In this document: in pieces, positions 1 through 10,678 of the stretch
How positions within the stretch are numbered: the first letter of the stretch is position 1
Layout of the letters: the number at the start of each line of letters is the position of its first letter
Origin: Azolla caroliniana
Taxonomy: Eukaryota > Plantae > Polypodiophyta
Reading direction: 5' to 3'
Assembly (NCBI GenBank): GCA_043228905.1
Contig: JBHGNT010000012.1
Location: 11,904,001-11,968,000 of the forward strand
DNA: 64,000 nt
The notes under the pieces: generated by a model
The model's database searches: none
What the model was told of the DNA's origin: nothing
Seen by the model: only the letters and a program-made list of their open reading frames with translations
Made by a program: the position numbers and the translations under genes

Positions 1-53
1 ATTTTCCATGTCTTTATATTCTTCACAATCACGTAGACAATGTTTGAGACTAT

Positions 54-326
54 TGTTACCGATTAGGAACACGGTCTACGGTCAGTCCTTTGACCTAGAC
101 CTCCAAGTGGTTGTGGAACGACGAATAGGTGTCTATGCGTAATGCGTAGGGGAATGTTCCCTGTAACTTATCAACGTATAAGGGAGACGACTACAACCAA
201 CTCCTTAGCAATAGTTACACTTACGTTCTTACACGCTCAGGTATTCCAGACATACAGTAGATTAACCATAGCTATACACAGACTTTCAGAGAAGATAGAA
301 TTCTATTATGATACGTTCCTTTACAT
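54..326 (-). repeat. Truncated 3' LTR of element A
   Basis: Matches 13883-14155 then diverges abruptly after TTACAT; U3 and PPT missing. Confidence 0.9.
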
Positions 327-2860
327 AGAAGTCTACCGTGGTGTCGACTGTCTCAATCGTTACTTCCTCCGTGGTGTCGACCGTCTTTGTACGTTCCAGG
401 GAGTGGGGCTGTGATTCCGCCTGGCTCGCGCTGTTCTCCGTGTGGTCCGATGATAGCGTGGGCTCGTGCGGATGAACCTCCTCTTGGGCAATGGTTTCGC
501 TGTCTGGTACTGTGGGGGACTCCGCTCGTCGGTCCGTGTTGTTCACCATCGTTGTAATTTCTGGTGATTTGGCCTGAGGTTCCTGTTCTCCGGCCGTGCC
601 CGGAATTGGCGTCGCGCTGGATTCCTCATTTGTTCGCGTGTTGCCGGCTTGTGTGATATGGTGAAATAGCTCCTCCTGGATTTCACCAAAATTGTCTAAG
701 AGCTGCGCGAGTTCTTCGGAGTGTTGGTCCGCTAGTGCACGATAGTCTTGCGCTAGGTCCTCTCGTACGGTCGCAATGCTCTCCTCATTTAGTTTATAGA
801 AACCTCGGCTGTCTTTTTGCCAGTTCTCCCAGTTCGCACGATACGCGTGCAATTCCGCTGCCTGGGTTGCCCACGCCATCCATCCTTTGTCCAACGTCGT
901 TTTCAATTGCGTTGTGAACCTCTCCCGATTTATTTGGAGAAGGATATGCACGTTGTCTGTGATGGCCTGGCAACGGTTGCGTGCGTCCTCCATCGACTTT
1001 TGGGGGTTTGCAATTTCTTGCTATTTAACCGCCACCGCTTCTTCGTACATGGCCTTCAGGCCCGCCCACAGCTGGGATTCCTTTGCATGTTGTTCTTCTA
1101 ATTTCCCCATTTCATTGTTTAGGCAGATTTCGAGCTGATGCCTTCTTTCCTGTTCGACCACCAGCTGCTCGTCGAACCATACCTTCTTTTTCTCTAATAA
1201 GGCCCGATGTCCTGCGATTGTTGTGTCCGATTTCTTCGCTTCATCCTGTATTTGGGCGTTTTCGTCTTTTGTCCAGATGTGTTGAGCTACCTCCGTAGTG
1301 AGTTTCTCTTCAAGGATTTTTACTGCCTTCCGGCCGTTAGCCCGAATCTCCTTTTCTCTGTTTGAGGATTGGCGCAGTTCAGCTCGAAGGTGGTCAATTT
1401 TTGATTCCGCAAGTTGCACGACCCTTTTTGCTTTCGAGGCGATGGCGGTTTGAGCCTCAATTTCTTCCTTCAAAGAGTCGATGGCGTGGTTTGGTGGCGG
1501 AGTTGTGTGTTGTGCCGTAGTCGCGTTAGCTTCCAACTCCGTGATGCGTTCGTTGGCTTTTTGCAGCTCGGCTTGGGTCATTTTCACCTTCTTCCAAACA
1601 TTCTTATTTTTAATGGCCATCTCCTTGGCGCCCGTGCTGACCTTTGCCAGTTCCCTATGGACTTCATCTAGGGCCGTGTTTAATGGGGGTAGCTCCATCC
1701 CTACTCGGCGTACCCCGGCGTTCCTCTATCTGCCGACCCTGGCTAGCCAGTCGTCATCGTCACTCTCTGCCGTTTGTGTCAGGGCGCGCTCGATCATCTG
1801 GCGCTCTGCGTGCTCCTCGATCATTCGTTGGGAGGCTTTTATTTGTTGTGTTGCCAGGAATTCCATGATCTCAAAAGAGGTTCCGAATTGTAAGAGGGCG
1901 CTGAACTCATGGGCCGTATTTGGGATATCTGGATATGCCAACACCTCGCTTTCCGTTGTCAATACGGCTTTCCCTCGTTGGGACTGGGTCGTAATGATCG
2001 GCCGTGGCTCCCGGATGATTTCGAAGGTGATATTGTGCGCCGTAGCTGCAGAGCCTTTGCCGTCAGTCGTTGTTTCTGCCGTCGTGGGGACGTCTTTGAC
2101 CAATCCCCACCCATCTTTCCTGTCCAATCTACGCCGTTTTGGTCTGGGGCTATCCTGCCGTGTTTCGGTGTTGGGCTCTTAGGCTGCTACCACGGAACGT
2201 GTCGGCTGTTCCTCCTGCGTTGTCCGTGTGTCTGGCTGGGCGGGTTGGGGCTCCTCTTCCTACTTTGGGGCCGCTAACTCCATTAACCTGCGTTTCGCAG
2301 ATCGGGGCGGGGGCGTGGGTCGGCTGGGTTGTGGTGCCGACAGGCCTCGGGGTGGGAATAGTACCGTAAGGTACTGTTGTATGATCGGCCTGAGCTTTTT
2401 TCCTGCCTGATACGCATGCAGGCCTTCCCGTAACGCCAGCCCTGTGATGACCCCCCAGTTGACCGCACGTCCTTCAAAGGTATCGATAATGATGCCCGCC
2501 TTCTGCTTGGGCATCCCGTATGCATTGACATGTACGTAGCCGACCTCTAACAGGAACTTGGCAACTTCACGGAAGAAGGGATCCGGGATCTGCTTTGTTC
2601 TATAGGCCTTGGCGGAGGAGGAGTATGGCCCAAAATATCGCTGCAGTGCCTCTACAAGAGGGATTTCGAAATGCCTTTCGCCTAGCGATGACAGGTCCAA
2701 CTTTTTCCGGATGGAAGAGTTGGTGACCGTGTCGATGTTCAATTTCCTGACGATGTCCATGGCATCCGGGTGTGGGGGTGCCTCTACGACCCGGATGTAC
2801 CCATCCAGGCATTTCTCCACGAGCCATCAGCGTAAGGCAGTAGAGATGAAGATCAACATC
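327..2860 (-). pseudogene. Extra ORF of element A (~850 codons; globular N-terminus, Pro-rich linker, long coiled coil), broken by in-frame stops
   Basis: ORF-track pieces 2827-3090, 2260-2820, 1726-2127, 1021-1698 and 286-993 are all in one frame, separated by point stops. Confidence 0.8.
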
Positions 2861-3279
2861 GCCAGAATAGGTTCGTGGGAAGGAGACTGGTGGTTGCGGT
2901 GGGCTGGAGCTCTGTGATAGGATGGAGGAGAAGGTGAGGGGGAGGAGCGATGGGAGCGTTGAAAGTTAGAAGGTGGGTTTCTGTTTTGTGCAGAAGATCT
3001 TCTATTTCCTTCTTTTTGTGGCTTAGGGTTCATTGGGCAGTGAGCCATCGTGGTGCCGCGTGTTCTTGAACTAGGAGTCTGTGCATGCATTTAGTCCTTT
3101 TAATAGTTGCTATCTTCTCTTTTCTTTTTTCTTTTTTTTCTTTTTTTTTTTTGTAACGGTTATATACAACCTATTTTTACATTATGGTACAAGTGGGGCT
3201 GCCCATTTACGCCGCGGGTTCTCCGACTTTGTCTTGTTTGGCGGTGAATGGATTAGGTGGCATAGAGCTCAGGTAAGGT

Positions 3280-5567
3280 TTAAGGCGGAACCCATTCATC
3301 TTTTGTCGTACTACTTCCCTGGCTAGCGTACCTAGTTGGAATGTGCCTTGTTCCGCTCCAGCAGAAGCGTAACTTCCCTGGCATATGGCCCATTCGGGTT
3401 TGGAAAACCAACACTACCTGACCGACGACGAACTCCTTTTCTCTTGCGTTCCAATGTCGATCCACAAACGCTTTACGCCGTCGTTGTTCCTGCTCCAACA
3501 CAGCCATGCTGTGTACGTGTTTTTCCCCGAGTTCAAGTAGTTGGTGAAGCTGTACCTCCATCGACTTGGCTTTCGATAGTCGATCCCGTACCCAAATTCG
3601 CAAACTGGGTACCTGAAATTCGACCGACATCATAGCCTCCAGCCCAAACGCTAGTCGAAACAGTGTTGACTGTATGCTTGTTTTGTAGCTGGTTCTGTAC
3701 GCCCATAACGCACTCTGTAATTTGGTATCCCAGTCCGTTCTATTTTCATTGAAGATTTTCTTCAAGATGGTCTGCAACATCTTGTTGGTGCATTCCGCTA
3801 ACCCATTCGCTTGTGGATAATATGGCGTACTCTTTTTATGGACTACGGCGTAATGATGTGTTAGTTCCCGAACCACCGTATTGAGAAAGTGACTCCCCTG
3901 GTCACTGATGAGCTCAATCGGACAGCCAAATCGGCACAGATGTGCTCGTAAAGGAATCTGGCTGTGATGGCCGCCGTATTTTCACGTAGTGCCTTTGCTT
4001 CTACCCACTTGGTGCAATAATCCGTAGCTACCAATATGTATTTATTGCCCGTACGGGCTGCCGCCGGTGTGAAGGGGTCCACAAAATCCAATCCCCACTT
4101 TTGGAAGGGGTCTAGCAATAATACGGGCTGGTGTGGCATCCTTGCGCCCTCCGCGGGCTGGCCCATCCGTTGACACAAATCACACTTTCTACAATACTCG
4201 AATGCGTCCTTTTGCGTTGTTGGCCACCATAAGCCTGCATGCCATACTTTCCGAGCTGTAACATCGCCCGCGTAATGGCCACCTGCCGTGCCACAGTGCG
4301 CCTCCCGTAAAACTGCTTCTCATCCTGACGTACCCCACGTCGCCAAATGCCGTCATTTCCTTTGTGATATAAAACTCCTTCTACGAGGCAGAAGTGACGC
4401 CTTCGGACGGCTAGTCGTTTCTTCTCGTCTGTACGTAATTGTGGTGGGGGCAGTCTCGTAGTAAAAAACTACGTCATTTCCATAAACCACCGGTCCGGAA
4501 AGGTTGATTCCATTCTTTCTGCTAGTGCTGCTACCCGGAGGATGTCGGCGTCCGGAAAATCGTCGTCATCTTTCTGTATTGTTTCTCCATTCTCGATTTT
4601 GCTCAAAAAAGCCAATTTCCCCGTCAAGGCTTGTTTCTCCACCAAATACAACAGCGCCGAATGATCCACGTGGAACGTGAATTTCCTCCCTAGTAAATAA
4701 TGCCGGAATTTATTGATGCTATAGATCATCCCTAGCGCCTCCCACTCCGTTGTGGAATAGTTACGCTCTGCTGTTGATAATTTACGACTAGCGTAGTACA
4801 CTGGCCGGTACCAGTTTGGTTCGGTGAGTTGCATTAGTGCACTTCCTATTGCTATGTCCGAGGCGTCGACGAACACGTGGAATGGCTTCGCCCAAACTGG
4901 GGGTTGTACGACGGGGCCTGTGTGAGCATTATCTTAAGTGCCTCATAGGCCTTATCCTCCGTTGCAGTCCATTGGAAAGGAGTCCGGTGTACGGCAGCAT
5001 GTAACGGCGTGGCGAAGTCCGCCAAATATCGTATTATCCGACTGTGCCACCGTATTTGTCCTAAAAACCGGCTGAGCGATTTAGCGTTTGTCGGAGTTTT
5101 GGCTTGTGTAATCGCGGAGATCTTGTTCGGATCGACCGTTATTCCCTCCTTATTGACTATATGGCCCAGGAGAGTCCCGCTGGTCACGCCGAAAGCACAT
5201 TTCGCGGGTTTCAGGCTTAAGCGTGCAATGCGGCAACGTTCCAAGCACAGTTGTAAGTGCGTAAAATGGTCTATTGTTCTCCCATATACCGCAAAGTCGT
5301 CTAAAAAAACTTGCATGAACGCCGGAATGTATTCCCCAAAGATCTCCGTAATTGTCTGTTGAAATGTTGCCGGCGCCGTCTTTAGTCCGAACATCATGAT
5401 GACTGCCACATAGACTCCCCAGTCCGTGACAAATGCCGTCTTTTCTTGGTCTTCGGGATGCATGCGCACCTAGTTATACCCACTGAAGCCATATAAAAAA
5501 CTGTACATCTCATGTCCCGCGACGACGTCTAGTACGTTATCGGTGAAGGGTAAAGGAAATGCGTCCG
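3280..5567 (-). pseudogene. pol: Element A pol: RT C-terminal part, RNase H and integrase, with frameshifts
   Basis: MMFGLKTAPATFQ, FLDD, VDASD, WGLDFV, YYPQANGLAE motifs. Confidence 0.92.
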
Positions 5568-5758
5568 TGTTGAGAATGTTTAAAAGCTGTAACGGCTAGC
5601 CCAACGGCTAGTTAGTTCCAACAGCTAGTTAGCCCAACGGCCAGATCTTGGCCTTTATAAAGAGGGACTTCTCCTCATGTAAATATAAGAGATCTCTGTA
5701 TTTTCTCCCTCCAACGAATGTATATTACAGAACAGATGTGCTTTCTCATATTTCTTTA
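5568..5758 (+). repeat. 5' LTR of B (TG..TA)
   Basis: Direct repeat of 10488-10678; TATA box near 5655. Confidence 0.95.
5588..5643 (+). promoter_or_regulatory. Cluster of MSA-like motifs (YCYAACGGYYA)
   Basis: CCCAACGGCTA 5600-5610 and CCCAACGGCCA 5633-5643 are exact matches; two further near matches. Confidence 0.55.
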
Positions 5759-5770
5759 TGGTATCAGAGC
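5759..5770 (+). other. PBS of B (initiator tRNA-Met)
   Basis: TGGTATCAGAGC directly after the LTR. Confidence 0.95.
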
Positions 5771-5781
5771 ATAGATCCGCC

Positions 5782-5848
5782 CCTCTGCAAAACCCTAGAT
5801 CTGTCCTCTGCAAAACCCTAGATCTGTCCTCTGCAGAACCCTAGATCT
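5782..5848 (+). repeat. 3 x 23-bp tandem repeat with telo-boxes in the leader of B
   Basis: CCTCTGCAAAACCCTAGATCTGT units starting at 5782, 5805 and 5828. Confidence 0.85.
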
Positions 5849-6010
5849 ACCCTTCTGCTGAAATGACAGTGATTGGAACAGCACTGTCCTAGCATTCAAG
5901 AGAGGAAAGGGGGATTTTTGTTTCATTTGGGATGACATTGCTATGTGATTGAGAGGTGACTTGGGAAAAAAAGTCAGAAGAGGAAAGCAGAGATAGGCCA
6001 AGTTGACAAG

Positions 6011-9000
6011 ATGGATGATGTGTTCTCAAAATTGAATGAAGATGAGGTGAAAACATTGGTGAAATACATGAAACAGGCTGAGATAGTAGCATCTGGAGGT
6101 GTGACAGGAATGCAACCACCACCCCGACTTGAACTCCTCCCAGTTGAGTTCAAACTCGATGGACCAGCCACATACTTGAGCTGGTCGCGTCGGATTATAG
6201 GTGCCTTGGCAGGAAGAAGCCTTGACGGCTACCTTACGGGAGAAGAGAAAGAGCCTCCTATCAAAACGAGCAATGAATGGAAAGCATGGAGAGCTACCCA
6301 CATGTCATTGTACACGTGGCTCCTAAACTCCATGATTCCATCAATCGCCACAACAGTTGATGGAATTTTAAGTGTAAAGGAGATATGGGAGAAATTGCAA
6401 AAGACGTATGCAGGGAGGGGAAACAACATGAGAGTATTTCAAATCGAGCAGGAGATTGATGCTGTTTGCCAGGGAGATAGGATGGTCCAGGAATATGCCA
6501 TAGAGTTGGAGCGTCTATGGGCAGAATACGATCATTTCTCGCCTGTGACAGTGTGCAATGATCCTCAGTGTAAGAGCAAGGAAATTTCTGCTCAAAGAAG
6601 AACTATGCAATTTTTGAAACATCTCAACCCGTCATTTGATCAAAGAAGGGCAGTTCTTCTAGCTAAGGCAGAAATTCCTACACTTGATGAGGCAATCGCG
6701 ACTATGATACAAGAGGAGAGTAGAATGAAGCTGCTCTCTGACACTACCGGACTTCCAGGGGTACGATCGGCACTAATGGTATCCAATACAAGCGGAAGTG
6801 AAAATCGAAAATGCTACAATTGTGGTGAAGCTGGTCATTTCAAGAATGCTTGCCCTAAACCATCTAAGGAGAGAGAATATGGGGGACGTGGACAAACTAG
6901 AGGTCGTGGTCGAGGGGGCCGAAGAGGTGCACGAGGAGGTTACCAAGCAAACTTGATGGTAGCAAAAGAAGAGGAAGGAACTAAGGTGGTGTTCACCGAA
7001 GAGGATCAAGCTCTCTTAGAAATACTTAGGAGGAAGCAAAGAGCCGCAGATGATACTTCATTCATGTCAAGAGGTAACACTACCACCTATGCTTATTCGG
7101 CCACAAGTACTAGCAACACAAATACTCTTGCCTCTACACCAGAATGGATAATTGATTCTGGTGCATCTAGGCATGTGACGGGTAATGCTAGTGAATTCTC
7201 CTCATATACTCACTTATCAATGCCAGAAAGCATTCAAATTGCTGACGGTACTATACAACCTGTAGTGGGTATAGGTACAGTAAAATGTACCGACTCTGTG
7301 ACATTGTCTAATGTGTTGCATGCTCCTTCTTTCCCAGTAAACTTATTATCTATAAGTTCTATCATACACCAACTAAAATGTGTTGTTTCTTTTGATATTC
7401 CCAAGGTGATATTCCAGGAGAAAGGGACAGGTCGGAGACTTGGGACTGGCACATGGCATAGTGGACTATGGTATTTGGATCGTGAAGGGCTGGATTCAGC
7501 ATTAGCATCTATGGTAGAGGGAATAGATGTAAGGGGATCTAGAATGAGTTATGAGGACTTGTTAATACTTCATCACCAACGCATGGGACATGCCTCTTAT
7601 GGCATTTTGAGTCGGGTGTATCCACACCTTTTTGAAAAGGCGGATAAAACAAAACTTGTTTGTGATGCATGTGAATTTGGTAAGCTTACTAAAAGTTCAT
7701 ATGCTAGTTCGGGTCATAGGAGTTCCCATGCATTTGATGTAATACACTCCGATGTTTGGGGACCATGTCCCACAAGTTCTATTAATGGATATCGATATTT
7801 TGTCTCTTTCATTGACTGCTTCTCTCGTGTGACTTGGTTATATTTGATGAGGAAAAAGAATGAAGTATTTGCTTGTTTTAAAGATTTTCATAGAGCAGTT
7901 CAAACTCAATATGGTGCAGTAGTAAAAGTGTTGAGGTCTGATAATGGAACAGAGTATGCTAACATGACATTTAGGGCATACCTCTCAGATCAAGGAATAC
8001 AACATCAAACTACATGCCCATATACACCAGAACAAAATGGAGTAGCAGAGAGGAAGAATAGACATCTTCTAGAGGTAACGAGAAGCATGATGATTTCTAT
8101 GAATGTCCCAAAGCAGTTGTGGGGACAGGCAGTTTTGACGGCTGCCACATTGATCAATAGAATGCCCTCTAGAGTATTGGAGTGGAAGTCTCCATGTGAG
8201 TTGTTGCAAGGCAATAACTCTGGAATCCTTCCTTTGAAGGTGTTTGGATGTGTGTGTTTTGTAAAGGACAGTAGACCATCAGTAGGAAAACTTGATCCTA
8301 AAGCTGTAAAATGTGTATTTGTGGGATACTCTGCCACACAAAAAGGCTATGTTTGCTGGAGTCCAGTAGAGAAGAGATTATTTGTGATCATGGATGTGCA
8401 TTTCAGAGAGTCAGAGCCATATTATAAACAAGGGGTAACTTCACCCTTTGATGACTTAATTCAGACTGAAAATATGAGGGAAGGAGATAATTGTGAGAGG
8501 TTGCTAAAAATAGGATCAATTCCTTTGCTGATCCCTACATCAGCTGAGAAAGAAGTGAGCGTAGGAGGTACGGAAGAAGAAGGAAATGAAGACGAGGAGC
8601 CTATATGTGTTGGGACTCAAGTTGAGGGGGAGCTAAAGGTGTATACAAGGAAGAGGAGGCAGAAAGACGGAAATGTGAACACGTCTTCAGCACCACATGT
8701 GCCATCAAGTTCCATGTCCCGACCTGCCTCGACTTCTGAAATACCTACAGAACTCCCGAACCTAGAAATCACAGGTGATATGATTTCCTCTCCTTCTCCT
8801 ATCGAGATTAGGAGGACCTCTCGCAGTAATGCAGGGGTCCCTCCTGATCGTTATGGTTTTCCTCATGATATTGCTCAGTTTATCTCTTATTCTAACATAT
8901 CAGCTACACATAGAGCATTCATTGCATCATTAGACTCTGTCACTTTACCCAAGTGTTGGCAGGTTGCTAAAGAAGATCCAAAATGGAAAGCAGCCATGCA

Positions 9001-10480
9001 AGAAGAACTCGGAGCTCTTGAGAAGAACAAAACTTGGGAGATTGTGTCACTACCACCGGGAAAGAAGGCGGTTGGGTGCAAATGGGTGTTTACAATAAAA
9101 CAGACCCCAGAGGGAAAAATAGATCGATACAAGGCACGATTGGTGGCTAAAGGATATAGTCAAACATATGGCATTGACTATGATGAGACTTTTGCACCTG
9201 TGGCGAAGATGAGCACTGTTAGAACACTTATTTCCTTAGCAGTGAATAAGGATTGGAAATTACATCAATTAGATGTAAAAAATGCATTCCTTCATGGAGA
9301 GTTGATGGAGGAAGTGTACATGGATGTTCCCCCAGGTTTCGGTACAATTCAAACAGTAGGTAAGGTTTGCAAACTTAGGAAGTCGCTTTATGGACTAAAG
9401 CAATCTCCTCGAGCCTGGTTTGACAGGTTAAGAAGGGCTATGGTGGGTATGGGATACCAACAGACGAATGCAGACCATACAGTGTTCTTTCGACAACACA
9501 AGGACCATACTACATTGCTTGCTGTGTATGTGGATGATATAATTATCACAGGTAACGATGAAGGAGAAATTGCCCAACTGAAGATGCAATTGGGTAAAGA
9601 GTTTGAGGTGAAGGATCTAGGATTGCTACGCTACTTTCTTGGAATTGAGGTAGCTCGTGGAGCAGAAGGAGTTGTTCTATCTCAGCGAAAATATGTACTT
9701 GATCTTCTCAAAGAAACTGGAATGTTGGGTTGTAGGCCTGTAGCTTCTCCAATCGACCAAAAGATCAAGCTAACTGAACTTGCGGGAGAGAAAGTTGATC
9801 GTGAAAGGTATCAAAGATTGGTAGGTCGGCTGATTTATTTGACCCACACCCGTCCAGATATCTCATTTGCAGTAAGTGTGGTAAGTCGCTACATGCATGA
9901 TCCGAGGAAAGATCATATGGATGCAGTGTACCATATTCTGAGATATCTCAAAGGTGCCCCAGGGAAGGGATTAATCTTCAGAAAACATGGTCATTTTAAC
10001 ATTGAGGGCTATTGTGATTCTGATTGGGCCAGTTGTGCTGATGACAGAAAATCCACATCAGGATACTGCATGTTTGTTGGAGGCAATCTAGTCTCTTGGA
10101 AGAGTAAGAAACAGTCAGTAGTAGCAAGGTCAACAGCTGAAGCAGAGTATAGAGCTATTGCTATAGGAGTTGCGGAGATGTTATGGCTGCGAACTCTCCT
10201 AGTAGAACTAAAGGTGAATCAAGAAAATCAGATGATGTTGTGGTGTGACAATAAGTCAGCAATCAGCATTGCCAACAATCCGGTACAGCACGATAGGACC
10301 AAACACATCGAAATCGACAGGTTCTTTATCAAAGAAAAGCTTGATAATGGAATATTAAAATTGAGTCATGTTTCTACTGAACATCAAGTAGCAGATTGTC
10401 TTACAAAGGGACTTGGGCCAGTAAGTCTTACTAGATTGTGTGACAAGATGGGCTTAGTGGATATTTTTCACCCATCTTGA
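6011..10480 (+). CDS. gag-pol: Copia Gag-Pol polyprotein, 1489 aa, uninterrupted
   Basis: CCHC knuckle CYNCGEAGHFKNAC, protease WIIDSGAS, HHCC zinc finger and DDE integrase, RT YVDD, RNase H. Confidence 0.97.
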   Translation: MDDVFSKLNEDEVKTLVKYMKQAEIVASGGVTGMQPPPRLELLPVEFKLDGPATYLSWSRRIIGALAGRSLDGYLTGEEKEPPIKTSNEWKAWRATHMSLYTWLLNSMIPSIATTVDGILSVKEIWEKLQKTYAGRGNNMRVFQIEQEIDAVCQGDRMVQEYAIELERLWAEYDHFSPVTVCNDPQCKSKEISAQRRTMQFLKHLNPSFDQRRAVLLAKAEIPTLDEAIATMIQEESRMKLLSDTTGLPGVRSALMVSNTSGSENRKCYNCGEAGHFKNACPKPSKEREYGGRGQTRGRGRGGRRGARGGYQANLMVAKEEEGTKVVFTEEDQALLEILRRKQRAADDTSFMSRGNTTTYAYSATSTSNTNTLASTPEWIIDSGASRHVTGNASEFSSYTHLSMPESIQIADGTIQPVVGIGTVKCTDSVTLSNVLHAPSFPVNLLSISSIIHQLKCVVSFDIPKVIFQEKGTGRRLGTGTWHSGLWYLDREGLDSALASMVEGIDVRGSRMSYEDLLILHHQRMGHASYGILSRVYPHLFEKADKTKLVCDACEFGKLTKSSYASSGHRSSHAFDVIHSDVWGPCPTSSINGYRYFVSFIDCFSRVTWLYLMRKKNEVFACFKDFHRAVQTQYGAVVKVLRSDNGTEYANMTFRAYLSDQGIQHQTTCPYTPEQNGVAERKNRHLLEVTRSMMISMNVPKQLWGQAVLTAATLINRMPSRVLEWKSPCELLQGNNSGILPLKVFGCVCFVKDSRPSVGKLDPKAVKCVFVGYSATQKGYVCWSPVEKRLFVIMDVHFRESEPYYKQGVTSPFDDLIQTENMREGDNCERLLKIGSIPLLIPTSAEKEVSVGGTEEEGNEDEEPICVGTQVEGELKVYTRKRRQKDGNVNTSSAPHVPSSSMSRPASTSEIPTELPNLEITGDMISSPSPIEIRRTSRSNAGVPPDRYGFPHDIAQFISYSNISATHRAFIASLDSVTLPKCWQVAKEDPKWKAAMQEELGALEKNKTWEIVSLPPGKKAVGCKWVFTIKQTPEGKIDRYKARLVAKGYSQTYGIDYDETFAPVAKMSTVRTLISLAVNKDWKLHQLDVKNAFLHGELMEEVYMDVPPGFGTIQTVGKVCKLRKSLYGLKQSPRAWFDRLRRAMVGMGYQQTNADHTVFFRQHKDHTTLLAVYVDDIIITGNDEGEIAQLKMQLGKEFEVKDLGLLRYFLGIEVARGAEGVVLSQRKYVLDLLKETGMLGCRPVASPIDQKIKLTELAGEKVDRERYQRLVGRLIYLTHTRPDISFAVSVVSRYMHDPRKDHMDAVYHILRYLKGAPGKGLIFRKHGHFNIEGYCDSDWASCADDRKSTSGYCMFVGGNLVSWKSKKQSVVARSTAEAEYRAIAIGVAEMLWLRTLLVELKVNQENQMMLWCDNKSAISIANNPVQHDRTKHIEIDRFFIKEKLDNGILKLSHVSTEHQVADCLTKGLGPVSLTRLCDKMGLVDIFHPS

Positions 10481-10487
10481 GGGGGAG

Positions 10488-10678
10488 TGTTGAGAATGTT
10501 TAAAAGTTGTAACGGCTAGCCCAACGGCTAGTTAGTTCCAACAGCTAGTTAGCCCAACGGCCAGATCTTGGCCTTTATAAAGAGGGACTTCTCCTCATGT
10601 AAATATAAGAGATCTCTGTATTTTCTCCCTCCAACGAATGTATATTATAGAACAGATGTGCTTTCTCATATTTCTTTA
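10488..10678 (+). repeat. 3' LTR of B
   Basis: Follows PPT 10479-10487; followed by TSD GTCCG. Confidence 0.95.

Larger units (their letters stand above)
5568..10678 (+). mobile_element. Element B: intact Ty1/Copia (Ale/Retrofit-like) inserted in the RT of A
   Basis: 191-bp LTRs at 5568-5758 and 10488-10678 (2 mismatches seen); TSD GTCCG at 5563-5567 and 10679-10683; PBS TGGTATCAGAGC; PPT GAGGGGGAG. Confidence 0.97.

Noticed and set aside
142-414. ORFs repeated in LTRs (142-414/13971-14378; 28250/54990; 57920/63008)
   Set aside because: They recur only because the LTRs are repeats; there is no evidence of coding.
1021-1698. Host coiled-coil (SMC or myosin-like) gene, or a true envelope gene
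   Set aside because: It is inside element A and in frame with neighbouring fragments; no introns or transmembrane anchor are seen.
3118-3152. Poly(A) tail of a LINE or retrocopy
   Set aside because: No TSD or associated insert; it lies in the spacer between integrase and the extra ORF.
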